Assembly: GCA_030295235.1 (NCBI GenBank)
Contig: AP026133.1
Span: 1,054,001 to 1,118,000, forward strand
Direction of reading: 5' to 3'
Length of the DNA: 64,000 nt
From: Fistulifera solaris
Taxonomy: Eukaryota
This document shows, piece by piece, positions 35,909-49,473 of this stretch. A program made the translations under genes and the position numbers. The first letter of the stretch is position 1, and each line of letters starts with the position of its first letter. Below the pieces are notes generated by a model that was given only the letters and a program-made list of their open reading frames with translations, was not told the DNA's origin and did not search any database.

Positions 35909-36671
35909 GCATCCCGCTAAAGTGCAGATAATTCCCATTAAAGCGCGTTCTTATTTTATGTGATACTCTTTGAACGGAATCGTTGATCCTTTGAACAAGA
36001 GCTGACTCATTCTACACTGCTAGAAGAAAAACAGAGAGTCTCGATCGCATGACCCGCAACTAATTAGTAACTTTAGCGTCGCGCAGGGAAGCGATTGTTG
36101 ATACATACTTTCTTTCGTCCATCTTTCCATCGGCACTTAATTCGGCTGTTTCTCAACCACTGTGAGCTATGAACTCTCTTCTTTCTTTCTGTCTTTCGGG
36201 ACTTCGCATTTAGGACTTCATTTAATCTTTAACTTTCTTCACTATTGGTAAGCAACTGGCTCAAGAAGAGTCGAGGGCGTCAAGGGCCCTAAGCTTTGTT
36301 TCGAGGAGCTACCTCTAGCTGGGGAAGTCCACTCCAGAATCGTTCCAGTACTGAATTCACTCTACGTCTTATAGTCATTCGAATTAGTGCTGGAGGTGCG
36401 GTGTCTTGTACAGAGTACAGAGGTGAGCGCGCGAAACGTCGTACCGATACTGAAAGTATCTCAACTTCGCCAAAAGCGCCGAAGAAGATCGGGCGGATGA
36501 ACGCAAAAGAAGGATTTCTTTTGTCCGACGACTTTCGTTTTGATAATGGGCAATATCGCCAAAGAGACATTTACTTGTAATTGCAACAAACCCTAACACA
36601 TACTGGAGTCAGTTACTGTCGAGAGACCACGCCAAACAAAAAAAAGCGATACGGAAAAGGAATCAAAACAC

Positions 36672-39270
36672 ATGGGCTGTGGACCGAGCAAAGAAGCAGC
36701 AGCAGCTGTTTTGGTAGAGACCTCGAAGGCTACAACTACTCCTCGTAAGCTGTCCTTGCGTTGCTTCGATTCCTTGTTTGTTTACATCCTTTACTGACAT
36801 CATCGTTCCAATCTTGACTGCCTAACGACTAGGTTCGATAAACTCGAAGAATATTACGGCAGCAAGTACGCAGGCGGATTCTTTACGGAAGGGTTTCTCC
36901 AATCGAGAGTTGAAACCTCTTTCCGATCACAGCAAAAAAGTCAGCGGAGGAACGCCGCAATGACTGGAAAGTCCGACCAGGTTACTCCTCTGGTGCATCT
37001 TCGTATGACGGTTCCGAGATCGGAGAGGATATTTCGACGAGAGACCTCAATCGCAGTGGAATATTGGACCTGGTCAATTTGCGTCAAGAGATGCAAGAAA
37101 AGGGTGGGATTGCTACCAATGTTGTACGAATTGAGGTATGTATGTATATTGAGAGTAACATGTGAGTCTCTGTCGAGCCACGCGCCTCAATGTTTACCTC
37201 ATTCACAACAACATAGACTCCCTTTGGAAAGCCGATTGAAGAAATTTACGACGGTGTTCATGATGGACCAGTTCTGGGTTCTGGAGTCTCGGGGATTGTC
37301 CGCTTGGTAACACATCGAGAAACAGGTGTCAATTATGCAGTAAAATGCCTCGATATTGGATTGGTCGACTCGATAGAGGGATTGCGTCAACTCCGCAATG
37401 AAATTTTTATCATGTGCCAGCTGGACCACCCCAACATTGTCAGGATAGAAGAAGTTTACGAGAGCACCAATGAAATTTATATTCTGCAGGAGTTGTGTCA
37501 CGGAGGTGATTTGTTTGATCGATTGGATGAACAACCAGATTTCCATTACACGGAAGCACAATGTGCCAGGCTCGTTAAACAAATGGTATCCGCAGTGCGA
37601 TATTTACACTCGAAAGGGATCATTCATCGTGACTTGAAACTCGAAAACTTTTTGTTTAGCAACCAAGAGCCAGATTCGGAGTTAAAAATGATCGATTTCG
37701 GTTTATCGAAACATTTTGAACTAGGACAAAGCCTTCACGATAAAGTTGGAACGCCGTACACGGTTGCTCCTGAAATCATTCAAGGCGCGTACGATGAAAA
37801 ATGTGATGTTTGGGCAGTCGGTGTCATTACTTACTTATTGCTGAGTGGTGAGACGCCTTTCGGAGGACTGGACGGCGAAAGTCTTCTTCTAGTCAAAGAA
37901 AATATCATGCGAGGCGAGCTAACTTTCGAACCTACGGATGTTTGGGCACAAGTTAGCGAGGATGGAAAGGGGTTTGTCAAGCGGTTGCTGCGTGCAGATC
38001 CGAAGAAAAGGCCCACGGCACGGGAGATACAAAAGATCGCTGGATTCAAGTGTGGGCGAAAAAGGATATACGCGAAGGAAACAAGTTAAATTCGAAAACA
38101 TTGGAAAGTCTTGTTTCGTTCAAAGAAAACTCTGACATGCAGAAGATTCTATCGGAAGTACTTAGCTTTACGCTTTTACCCGACCAAATCGCGGATCTCC
38201 GACAAGAATTTGAATTAATTGATAGCGATGGTGATGGAGAGATTACACTGAAAGCGTTGCGCACTGTTCTTCTTGAGAATGCTGAAGCTGGGACTTTAGG
38301 CGCTTTGACAGAACAAGAAATCGTGGACATATTCGACGCAATAAAGACACGAAAAAATGAACCTACAATCCGTTGGCATGACTTTCTTGCGGCTGGCCTT
38401 TCTCAAGCGCGAGTTGACGACAGAAACCTCCGTTTGGCTTTTGATCGACTTGATGGCAATCGACGTGGGTAAGTAAACCGGTCTCTTAGTTTTAAGGCCC
38501 CTTATTTTCTAAACGACGCTGTCCGCAGATATATAAGTATCGAAGATCTCCAGAATTTACTAGGGAGCTCTACAGCGTATGAAGAGCTTGAGAAAATATG
38601 GCGAGATAGTTTAAAACAATGCACTTCCAAAGATACGATCGATTTTGAAACTTTCAAAAAGCTAATGAAAGGACAACCAAAGGAAGCGGGGACTCCCGAA
38701 TCATCGTTTCGTCGTGCCGGTAAGATAGTAGGCGAAGGGTCTCTGGGGGTCTTGCCTGAAGGAGAGAGCACCGAAGATCACACATCCGATTCTATCAATG
38801 AAAGCAATAAAGGAGACAAACCCGTTCGCTTTCAGAAAAAGAAGTCTTTATCACACGAACTGAAAAGTGGGGTTGAGTGGGATGATGGGGATCGATCCGC
38901 GAGTATTGCTTTCCTGCCGTCTAAAACAGATGAGGATGAAAGTTCAGAATTTAGTTTAACATCTGCATCTCCCTTGATGGCAAATAGAGCATTGTATCGC
39001 AGACATCGCGGTATGAGGTTAGCTGTGCTTGAAGCATCGAAAGAATTCGACAAGAAAAGGACAGATCGTCAGACAAAAGATATCCCGGTGCAGGCTGGTC
39101 TGATAATGAAGCGAGGCACGATGCCGCCGGTAGAGCTCGAAGATGCACACACGCGTGCGTTATTTGATGCTGCAGCGAAGCGGTGCGGTCGCTCAAGGCG
39201 TACAAAAAATAAGACTGTCTCCGATGTTACTGGAATGTTAATGAAAAAACCGTCGCCAACTTTGAAGTGA
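36672..39270 (+). CDS. Calcium-dependent protein kinase (CDPK-like); introns 36745-36832, 37136-37216 and 38469-38528; frameshifts near 36936 and 38033
   Basis: MGCGPS acylation motif, LGSGVSG, YAVK, HRDLKLEN, DFG and APE kinase motifs; EF-hands DSDGDGEI and DGNRRGYI. Confidence 0.9.
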
Positions 39271-39399
39271 ATGAACCTGTCTCAACGGCTACATTGATTT
39301 GAGATTGGTGATCAGAAAAAGGGCACATTCAGCTTCTTAACTGAGGAAAGAAAATAAACGATTTATTATGATTATACGTTTACCCGTTTGCCTGAAAAT

Positions 39400-42070
39400 T
39401 TAATTCTGTTCTTTGGACTCGCTTAACATCTCTGGACTCTTTTCAAACGTATCGCGCATGCGTTTCAAATCATCAATAAGATCTTCTACTTTCTTTTCAC
39501 CCTCAACCTTGTTCTCACGCGTACGGATATTCACCGATCCGTTCTCCACCTCGACTTTGCCAACGACGAGCTGAAAATTATATTGGGCGATCTGAGCGTT
39601 TCGAACTTTCTTTTGAAACGTGTTCTTGGAGAAATCTACATCAGCATAAAAACCCTCGTCATGCAGTCTCTGTCTCACGTTTTCACAGTACTCGTTCCAA
39701 TCAGCGTGAACAGGAATGAGCATGACTTGGCGGGGACTAAGCCAGAATGGCCACTTGCCTCCAAAATGTTCACAAAGCACGGCGAACATGCGCTCCACGC
39801 TTCCCAGCATAGCACGATGGATCATCACAGGACGAGCAAACTGTTTGCCTTCTTCCTTGCTTGCAGTAGTGTACTGGAGATTGAAGCGAATCGGCAGCTG
39901 AAAATCTAGCTGAATGGTAGCACACTGGTGAACACGATCCATAGCATCCATAACCTTAATATCAATCTTAGGACCATAAAATGCTCCATCTCCGGGATTG
40001 ATGCGCCAGTTTCCCTCGCCGATGAATTCGTTCATCGCTCTTGCTAGAGCTGCTTCCGCTCTATCCCACAATTCAATATCACCCAAAGCTTTCGCTGGCC
40101 GAGTCGACAATTCGAGCTTGTAGGACATGCCGAATGTGTCATAGACATCCTTCATGAAGTTCAACGCCCCAACGACTTCAGACTCAATCTGGTCTTCGCG
40201 ACAATAGATGTGGGCATCGTCCTGCTGGAAGCGACGAACGCGCGTCAATCCAGTCAACGCCCCAGACAGCTCGTTGCGATGGAGAACGCCGAAGTCAGCC
40301 ATACGAATCGGAAGATCACGATAAGAGCGAATAGCGCCTCCGAAAATGAGGCAATGACCAGGGCAGTTCATGGGCTTCATAGCCCATTCAGTGCCTTCCA
40401 CATCAAAGCAAAACATTGCGTCCTTGTAATGCATGGCGTGCCCAGATTGGTGCCACAAATCGAGATTGTATATGTTAGGAGTAATGACCTCATCGTAACC
40501 ACGCTTCCAGTAGTGATCTTTGATAAAGCTGATAAGCTTATTGTAGATTCGAGCACCGTGGGGCAACCAGAATGCACTACCGGCTGACAAATCGTGGAAC
40601 ATCACAAGGTCTTGCTTTGCAGCAATGCGCCGGTGATCTCTCTCTTTGGCCTGTTTTTCCGATGGCAGTTGATAATGTTAGAAAACTTGTATAAGCAGCT
40701 TATAAACAACAAGTGTCTATTATTGCAGAAACACGGCTCAGAAGAATCAGCGGACGAATGTTTTCGGTCATAATGTAATCCGTGAATGAGATTTCTTTGT
40801 ATCCTCATAGCCAGGGTTGCGACGAGCAGCATAGAACCATCACCTACCTTTTCTTGATTCTCTTGCCATACTTTCAACATCTTCTTGTCCGGGAAGCTGA
40901 TACCGTACATTCGCTGCAAAGTGTCATTGTCTGTGTTTCCGAGCCAATTGGTAGCCGAATGGCGCGTTGCGGCAAACGCTTTGATTTTCCCAGTGTGAAC
41001 TACGTGAGGTCCCCGACAAAGATCAATCAGGTCGCCACATCGGTACACAGTAGTGCGACCATTATCAGGGACTTTAGTTTTCAAAATGGACTGCTTGAAC
41101 GGATTGTCCGCAAAGAGTTCGAGACCTTCTTCTTTGGTGATCACCATGCGCTCAAATTGTTGCTTTTGCTTGACAATTTTGTTCACCTCCTCTTCTACCG
41201 GTTTATCTATAACAAGGAAATATGAATTAGAATAGAGCGCACAAAATATATCATTGTGTCGTGTCGACCGAACTTACAATCTTCTTCACGAAACGCATCA
41301 GTCCCCATGTACGAATCATAGTAAAAGCCACCGGCCAAAGGAGGCCCGATCGTCAACTTGCATCCATACAAATGCTCCAAGGCTTCTCCCATCATATGCG
41401 CGGATGAATGCCAGAACACAGTCTTGGCGTCCTGATCCGTTTCAAATTTGAGGAATTCTAATTTGGCCACTTGTCCTACCAAAGGTCGCGTCATATCCCA
41501 CAACAAAGTCTTATCCGAGTCGGATTTCTCCAAGCCAGCATCCGCCATGGCATCACTTAACGTATCTTCGCCTTCCATGCCGTCTTCTGCCGGAGAGTAA
41601 TCATCACAGTAAGACTCGTAGGTGACTCGAGCTACCGTTGCAGCATCCGCCAATCCTTGCGAGATGGTGACCGCCACATCGTACGGTGAAGTTTTCCACG
41701 CTTGCAAAGGATTTCCTTCCTTATCTTCTGAAATCACTTTCCCATCGGGTAAAGTAATAGTAATCGGAACGGGAGTTTTCTTCGTCAACTCTTCCGCACG
41801 GCGTTGCTGGATCTTCTGATACACATCCATGCGTTGTTTCAACCAATCCGGATCTTTCGTGCGTTTCACAAACGAGTCACCACCCAACTTGAGTCCGGCA
41901 TCTATTTTGGGACCCGAAGATGCCTTGGCGCGTCGTCCTTGCAAGCCTTCCTTGTTCGCCCTGACCGAAGACGATGGCTGCGAAACACCAGGCGCATCCA
42001 TCACAGCGAATTTGTTGGTAGCATTGCATTTTAAGCTACCGAGAATGGTCGCTTTTTCCTCTGGTTTCAT
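39400..42070 (-). CDS. TARS: Cytosolic threonyl-tRNA synthetase (introns 41207-41277 and 40651-40847)
   Basis: TGS domain, [45 protein letters not shown] and the anticodon-binding domain. Confidence 0.98.
40735..40812 (-). ncRNA. Intronic box C/D snoRNA, SNORD92/SNORD53-like
   Basis: Box C variant ATGAGGA (40808-40802), box D CTGA (40741-40738) and a GGC/GCC terminal stem. The guide CCGCTGATTCTT is antisense to conserved LSU rRNA GAAUCAGCGG. The host intron is unusually long (197 bp). Confidence 0.8.
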
Positions 42071-43554
42071 GTTGCTGAATTAAGAAGTGGAATAAAGTGC
42101 CTCCCTTGTACAATACTAACTTTGTTATTGTTGCTGTATGATCTTTTCAATTGTTTGCTTGCAACACAAAACGCAACGCGAAAAACTCGTCCGCCGACTG
42201 CAGACGGATGAACGGTGGAGAATGATCAACCTTTTCCTTACAATCCCCTTGGAAAAATTCACAAATTATACTTAATAAAAAAGACATGATTCACACAGAT
42301 TATGTTTAATAGGACAAAACCAATATCTATGTATTCTTAAATGTGTAGGAGGCAACCCTTAAAGTAGTTTGGGTATTGCTCAATTGATTAAGGTTATCTG
42401 GATTGAAAGTTGGATAACCTTAATGCGATGTTGGAATGGCTCTCAGTTTTATGGTTTACACGATACACATTCAGCAACACTAAAATACTGGTTTTATCAA
42501 CTTAAATCAAATCCATGTGAGGCATGTCGTTTTAATTATGTAAAATCCGTATTTTTTTGCAAGGGGATTGTAAGGAAAACTTCGACAGTTTGCTGTTTCA
42601 TTTGCTTCGTCGTACCAGGTACAACTTAGCACGCAACTTCAATGGTCTTGCTCGAAGCTTTACCTGGTGCTTGCAATTTATAGGGACTACGAAGATGAGG
42701 ACCCGGGAGATGCTGCCGCAATTGTCGTCCGCTCTACGGAACTCTTCGTTCGTTGTCGTTGAATTCAATTAGCTGCGTAGAACATCATGACGCAATGTTA
42801 CATTTTTATTGTCTAGTGAGAACGCTGCATGCCTCCGCACCCCCTGAAGCCCGCTATCCTACCTACCCGCTATCAATTTGTTTTTCTCGGTTGATCGACT
42901 CCTTCGTATCGTCTTACTTCACTTAAAGAGTTGCAACTGTAATCGCTCTATCGAACGGAGATCACAAAGGGATCAAGCCACGTCAGTAGATAACAATTTG
43001 TCAAGTTGAAAAGTTGATTTCAGAACAGAAAATAGAGAAAACAAACATTCCGAGATAAACTGGGCATTGCATCGGCAGGGCATTGTATGATTAATGGAGA
43101 CTGTGCTCTATCCGACTCTGTTGATGGTGTTGACCTGAGTGTTTCGTCCCTCGACAGCGATTGGCTCTGCTCGTTCGCGGTCGTCAGCTACCGCGGTAAG
43201 GCACGAATGGCTATTCAAGGCAGGAAGGTGCAAAGCTCTCAGAGTTTCGATCTATTTTAACAAACATTATGAACAGAACCACACGAAAGCTTAACTTCCG
43301 TGGTTGGTGATCATGCAGTTTTGATTCAAGTTAGCCGAAAACCACTCGCCCATATAGGCTACTTCTTACTGAAACGCAAAATCTATGCATTTTGCAATGA
43401 CAAAGTCTCTATATCACTAGCCTGGTCCTTGGACGCATCTATTCACAATTTCAGAAACATTTAGTTCAATTCCTTCAAGCGCGATAATGCGAGCAGACTC
43501 ACAAAAGAAAAAAACAAATAAAGAAAGAGGCGCGTAAACATTCCAACTCATACT

Positions 43555-44244
43555 TTAAACTTCTTCGGCGGCTACATCTACAACACCCGCTAGTTCGTCT
43601 ATCGCATCCGACGCTGCGTTGTCGGTATTGTAGGAGAGATTCAAGACGGCCGTGAACTGAATAGGATCGCCTAACTTGTATCCTTTCACCATGTCTTCTA
43701 CTTTTTCCTTCACTTCCACCTGTCCATCACTCCCTGATAGTGCTTTGAGTCCATGTACATCAACAGCAGCTTCTACTGTTTTGATAATTGCTTCTTGAAT
43801 CGAAAATTGTGTAATTTGAGGCATGGCGTACGGAGGCACTTGACCCTGGTGAACAAGAAAAAGAGTGAGGCAGTGATTCAAACGAAATAATTACGCGAGG
43901 TATGTACAAGTTCTACTATACCTTTCGAAATCCAGGAAAGTTAGCCTTCTTCTTTGCGTTCTTTAAAAGTTCCGTGTGGTTGTCTTTGATCATATTTCCA
44001 TCTACGGTCGCTGTCATCCAGAATTGATACGCCGGACCATTGTCACTCTTGACGTTCTTCAGTTCTTCCATTTTTTCATACGACATCCCGCCATAGTTTT
44101 AAGGGGCGTAACTTCTTCTCCACCCTCTGGTTCCGGTTCCAAGGCCACCGCGAGGGAGGCCGATCGATGGCACAGTCGTCCGAGATTGTGGCACAACGAA
44201 AGCCGATCCGAAAGGTAAAAGTAGCAATAAAGGGAGTTTCTCAT
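43555..44244 (-). CDS. Plastid-targeted stand-alone trigger factor ribosome-binding (N) domain protein (intron 43846-43921; several frameshifts)
   Basis: ANFPGFRK|GQVP across the splice junction; the signal+GSAF presequence is recoverable with indel correction. Confidence 0.75.
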
Positions 44245-44890
44245 TCTTGTCACGATTGGGAACAGGAATGGCTAGATACTATTGTGATAAGTCAGCAACG
44301 AGATGTTATTGTGATGATGATGATGCCAAGCACCATTGTCATTCTAAAAACTGACCTGTCGTTGTGATGTGGTTTTCGAGTTTTTATGGGGCAACGAGAA
44401 GACGTCATGTCCGCGAGCCGAAAATTGCAGTGTAACCCACATTTCACGTCATAGTCATCTGATACGCGAGATGATGAAATCCAACTGACACAAATTTAAC
44501 ATCCATAAAGTTGATACGATCTTTATCAGATTTAGTCATCTATTGAAATTCCATGGATCAAAGAAGTGGCTAAGGGCGTAGTTTGCATGGAAAGGTAATC
44601 AATTGATCTTTTCGGGACTGCATTTGAATTAAGTCACGCGTGGCGTCAATCACGATCACTTTAAAAAGTGGTGGGTACCTGTACCGGTACCGGGTACCGT
44701 GCGTACCGGTACCTGCGTACAAAGTAGTAATGTTGATTTATCCCTACCCCTTGCAGCAAATATGATGTTTTCATAGCAGATGATGAAAATCTTCGCGCGT
44801 TCTATCAAAGAAAGCAAAGGTCTAAAGCCATTTCCTATCATGTAACAATCGTTCAGCTCACTCGCAATACTGGTATAAAGTCTATCTTCA

Positions 44891-46086
44891 ATGGCGTTTT
44901 GGGACGACTGTTGGGGATGTTCGAAACGAAAGCCAAGACAAGATATTTTCATTGACAACCTCGATGAAATTCCGCGTTATAAACGTGTCATTCGGTCGCA
45001 GTGTACTCTATTACAAGCTTGTTGGGATCAAGATTGGGATGTAGCGATACATAGATTACACGCAGCTCCGTGGGAAGCTTTTTACAGAAGCCGAAATTCG
45101 GGGCGCACACCGTTGCATCTCGCTACGATTCCGGGGTGGCCTCGCCTTCTACAGAACTCCTCCTCCGGTTGATCGAGATCAATCCGCATGCCGTTTTGGT
45201 GACAGACAGCGATATCAACGGATGCACTCCAATACACTTTCTTTGTGGCAACAAATCTACCCGAGGGAATCCTTCTCTAGTACGAATCTTTGTTGAAACA
45301 GCACTGAGGGAACAGGCAAAAACTCAAGATTCCGTCTCTGTGCGTAGCGAGTCGCCGCTGTACATCGCGTCGAAAAGAGGTGCACCTGCCGATGTACTTG
45401 TTATTCTAGTCCAGACCAAAAGATTCGTCCCATGGATAGCGCCATGGACTGGAACAGAAACGATTGAGGAAGCGAAAGATGTTCGTTGTCATGGCAATGA
45501 TTCGCCTCTCGTGGCTTTGTGGAGTACATGCCAAAGCATTGCAGATTTCTTTTTCATAGATGATGATCTGATGTCAACAATGCGGGAAATAGTTGTTGAT
45601 GTGCTTGATCACGAGTTGGAGAGTAGCGCATTGTCGACTTGGAATGAGAATCTTTCACCTATTTTAAGGGCATGGGTTCGTATCGTTACGCTTTTCCGAA
45701 ATCCTTGTCACGTGGCTACAACACCTACTTTACTTCGTCGCGTGAGCACATTGTATGCACCTTTACCGGATCTTGTTCAAATCGTATGTCGACTCTTTCC
45801 GGAGCAATTACTAGAGGAAGTATCAATCGCATCAAGTTGTTCTGAAATTCCGCTTCACGCTGTCCTACGCAATGTTTGGTTTGCTACGGAAGCAGAATCG
45901 ATCCATGATGTGATCAGAACGCTCATGGCAGCTCAATCCGAGTCCTTGACACAAATTCATGCTTCAACAAACCTATACACTGTTTTTTCTGGCTGCTTCG
46001 CGCAACATCTCGCTTGATCTTCTTTTTGAAATGATGCGACTTGCACCCAATGCGCTACAGTTACAGCGTATCGCTTTTTCAAGCTG
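44891..46086 (+). CDS. Diatom ankyrin-repeat-like protein (frameshifts near 45135 and 45985)
   Basis: GRTPLHLA, GCTPIHFLC, ESPLYIA and EIPLHAVL motifs. Confidence 0.65.
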
Positions 46087-46357
46087 AATTTGTAACCGGA
46101 GTGTTCATTGGCATCAAACTCGCATTCTTATGAATCTCGTTTCTTTTGATGGCGTTGATTGCCGGCAAATAGTTTCACGCCATTTTTTCGATATTCTGGA
46201 CGTCAAACCACAAAGGTTTATACAAATTGACGAAATGCATTATACAGTCAAAGCTTGCGGCACATTTACAGAGGCAAACCTATTTTCTATTACTGCTTCT
46301 ACAGTTCAGACTAATGATAAATGACGAAAACTATTAATTTTTGACAAAACGAGTGCT

Positions 46358-48842
46358 CTACTCCAGCGTTGGTAAGCCGTACTTCAATCGATATGATTCA
46401 TCACATGCGATGGGACTCTCCATTTCGAACACATAACGACATGTTTCAGGTTCATCAGCTGAGATGATCTGATTCTCAATGCCACAAGTGACACGGACCG
46501 TGGCGGAACGCTTCGGCCCGTTCCAGCATTTTGCCCCATTTGTCCATTTCCAAACTCGAGTTCCGTCATTATCAACACTAGCCCCATCCCATTTCCCAAG
46601 ATTAGTGCCTCCGGAGCCTCCTTCAGACTGGGTCGCAGAATCATTTAAACAAAGTTTGTAGGTGTATTTCCCGGAATCTATGGAGTGGCAGGAATTCTTC
46701 ATTGAATACAGCTCGCCGTCAGGGCCATAAGATCCGTCATTTCCACCATCTACTAGATCAACCATATCGCTTATTTTGCTTTGCAAGTTTTCCAACTCCG
46801 TTTCAAGTGTTGAGATACTAGCACTGAGTTCGTCTCTTTCATGTTTCGTTTCGTCGTTGTCAACAAGAGTCAAGTCGCCGAGAATGGCGTGAAACAAGTC
46901 GATTTCATCGCGACCATTAAGAACATAAAATCCTCCGTAGCCGTTTGGAATATCCCCAGGTAACGCGTCTTCTTTATCTTCTACCACGCAAGATTGCTGA
47001 GCATGCTGTAAAAGTCCAATGCAAGCTTCCTCTACTGCCTTCAGTATCTCCATTGATGGTATAGCAACAGAATTACGTCGGATAGTTGACGGTGGGCAAG
47101 TAATATGTATTTTGCAGATTTTCGAGTCTTCGTCGGCAGTTTGGAGCTCGGGAACCACGTTTGCAAGCAACTCCCAAAATTGTAAAAGGATAAATTTTCA
47201 TGGATCAATGTGCCTATCAACAGGGATTGGAGCACTGCGCGGAAGTCAGGCGGGTTGCTTGCTTCCAGTTCATCCATTAATACCTTTGCCGAAACCGCAT
47301 AGTCCAGACCTTTTTTATAGAGCAAAGCATGAGTTTGCGCGGATGGATCAAAGAAAGCTAGAAAAGGGACATCCACAATACATTGCGACGTACCGGTCTG
47401 GATAACACGTCTGCGATCATCAAGCTTGTTGCGGATGAACGGAAGAGGCACGGGGTCGATCATAGGACCAGGGTCACTATTGCCAGTCTCTTCAGCATCC
47501 TCGGTCATGTTTGCCCCTCCTTCAGCGGTCTCTTTCATTGCGTCTATCAGTGAGATGACTTTCTCAGCCTTTTGCCGCAACGCAACTCGACTCAACGAAA
47601 ACGGTTGCCCTAAAATTAGCTGCTCAAGTTGTAGTCGTCGTTCTTCTTGTTCATACTTTTTGGCGTGCTTACTTGAATCGCGTGATGGGTCTCTTCTTGG
47701 TTTGCTATCAGCGTCATTATCGTCCAAGTCTTCTCCTTCTTCATTTTCTGGGTCCACCTCTGTGAGTCGACGCCTTTGTAGCTTACTACTATGAGTGCTA
47801 CCCTTGTCAAGTGTTTTCTGTGTCCAGACAGGCGAATCGATATGCTGTAAATTAAAGTCGAGAAGCTCTGCTAGCAGTATCTTGTCAACAGCTTCGTTCA
47901 TAAACTTTGGCTTGTAGGTCGTTGACTCCCAAATTAGGCCTGCGTCGAGTCCAGCCAACCGCAACGGAACACAAGTTGTCGAATCCGTGTCTTTGCTATT
48001 ACCGCTAAATTTTGCGTCTTTTTCTTCCAAAGGAAACATGGCCTGCATCTCGCCTGCCGTTTGACACGCATGCACAATCATCCAACTAAGCTCATCGGTT
48101 GACAATCCGTTCAAAATTCCTATCTCGGGATCCGTGGCAATCTTCGCTGTTCGTTCCTTTACTTGAACAAGCCGTTGCTCGAGTCTCTTTATTTTCCATT
48201 GGGTAAGCTGGTCTTTTGCGTCGTTCAAACGCGACTCCAACGATGTTACGTAACCCCGCTCGACTTCCAAATCACGTGCTGTCTTTTCGCGAAGTTTTGA
48301 ATAAGATGCGAGTTCCTTCTTTCTGATCAACGATCCTTCACGGAAAGCGTGTAATCGTCGTTCCGCTTCCTGTCGTTCCGCCGCCAATACTTCGTCGCAT
48401 ATATCTTGACAAACACCCTGTGCTTCGTCAGCACCACTACAGCAATCACAAATGCCATCCTGTACTTTCGAAACAGCTATCTGTAGCTGCGGCTGTCCCG
48501 GGCAATGAAATTTAAGTGTACTGGTTTAATTCCAAAGTGGTAAGACTATTCTCTAACAATGAACGAGTTTAGACGGTCGCTCTCTATATATTTTACTTAC
48601 CTCGCAGTGTTGGCATGAATGCCAGGCCATTGCGTTGACCCCGAGCAAGCGTTTGTTTCCGTTTCATCTAAGCCTGAAATTGGGCAGTCACAGTATCCAT
48701 CGTTGATTTGATCTGGAGGAATTTGAATTAATTTTGCGTTGACTCCCCACCCGAAGGGACATTCAAGAAGTTGGGCCAATGTTGCGCCAAGGGGATTGAG
48801 GAGAAGAACGATAAACAGATGATTTTTCCGATTGCTTCGCAT
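46358..48842 (-). CDS. Glucosidase II beta subunit-like (PRKCSH); introns near 48523-48600 and 47310-47393; frameshift near 47190
   Basis: Signal peptide, LDLa-like INDGYCDC and DGICDCCSGADE motifs, a coiled coil, and MRH domain KYTYKLC..GAKCWNGPKRSATV..EPETCRY. Confidence 0.88.
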
Positions 48843-49473
48843 TCTGCTGTTCAAAGCTTTCGATGTATCAAGGTGCTAACCAACTTTACAAGTGCTCCAG
48901 CCTTTTGTTATTAATTATGGAGGGCTGCGAATAGCAACGGATAATGAAACATTCATCACAATAACATCAACTAAAGATGAAACGCGCGAGAAATTTACTA
49001 TAAACTTGAAGTGTTCGCCGATTTTTGGTAAGATTGAAAACAAGTCACGAGTCACGAGGCATGAACATGAACTCTACGGAGTATTTTTTCTTCCTTTTTT
49101 AGCCGATACCGGTACGGTACCAGGTACGCGATACCAGGTAGTCACTGGCTTTCGTCCGCTAAAACAGTGTCATGAAATAATGCTACCCAAAAGCAAAAGA
49201 TACTGCTAGATAAGAATATCGAACTTTGCATTTCACCCCTCAGATCTTCATGACTTTATGGAAGTCGAATTTAGTTGAGTCCCAGTCATGAGGAGGAGTC
49301 ATGAGCTAAGATACAGACACGATAAAGTTTCATTTGTTGTTTGACTCCGTCCGAAGAAATGATTCACAGAGTAGCTCCAAACTGAGATAGAGATGCTACT
49401 ACCCATTATTAACATTTGTTCTCTTGTTTCGTCGTAGTCGTCACGACCTTGTAACAGGTAGAACGAAGGGGTG

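Noticed and set aside
43088..43260. Roughly 57-aa small ORF in the ThrRS/trigger-factor gap
   Set aside because: No motif, targeting signal or other support.
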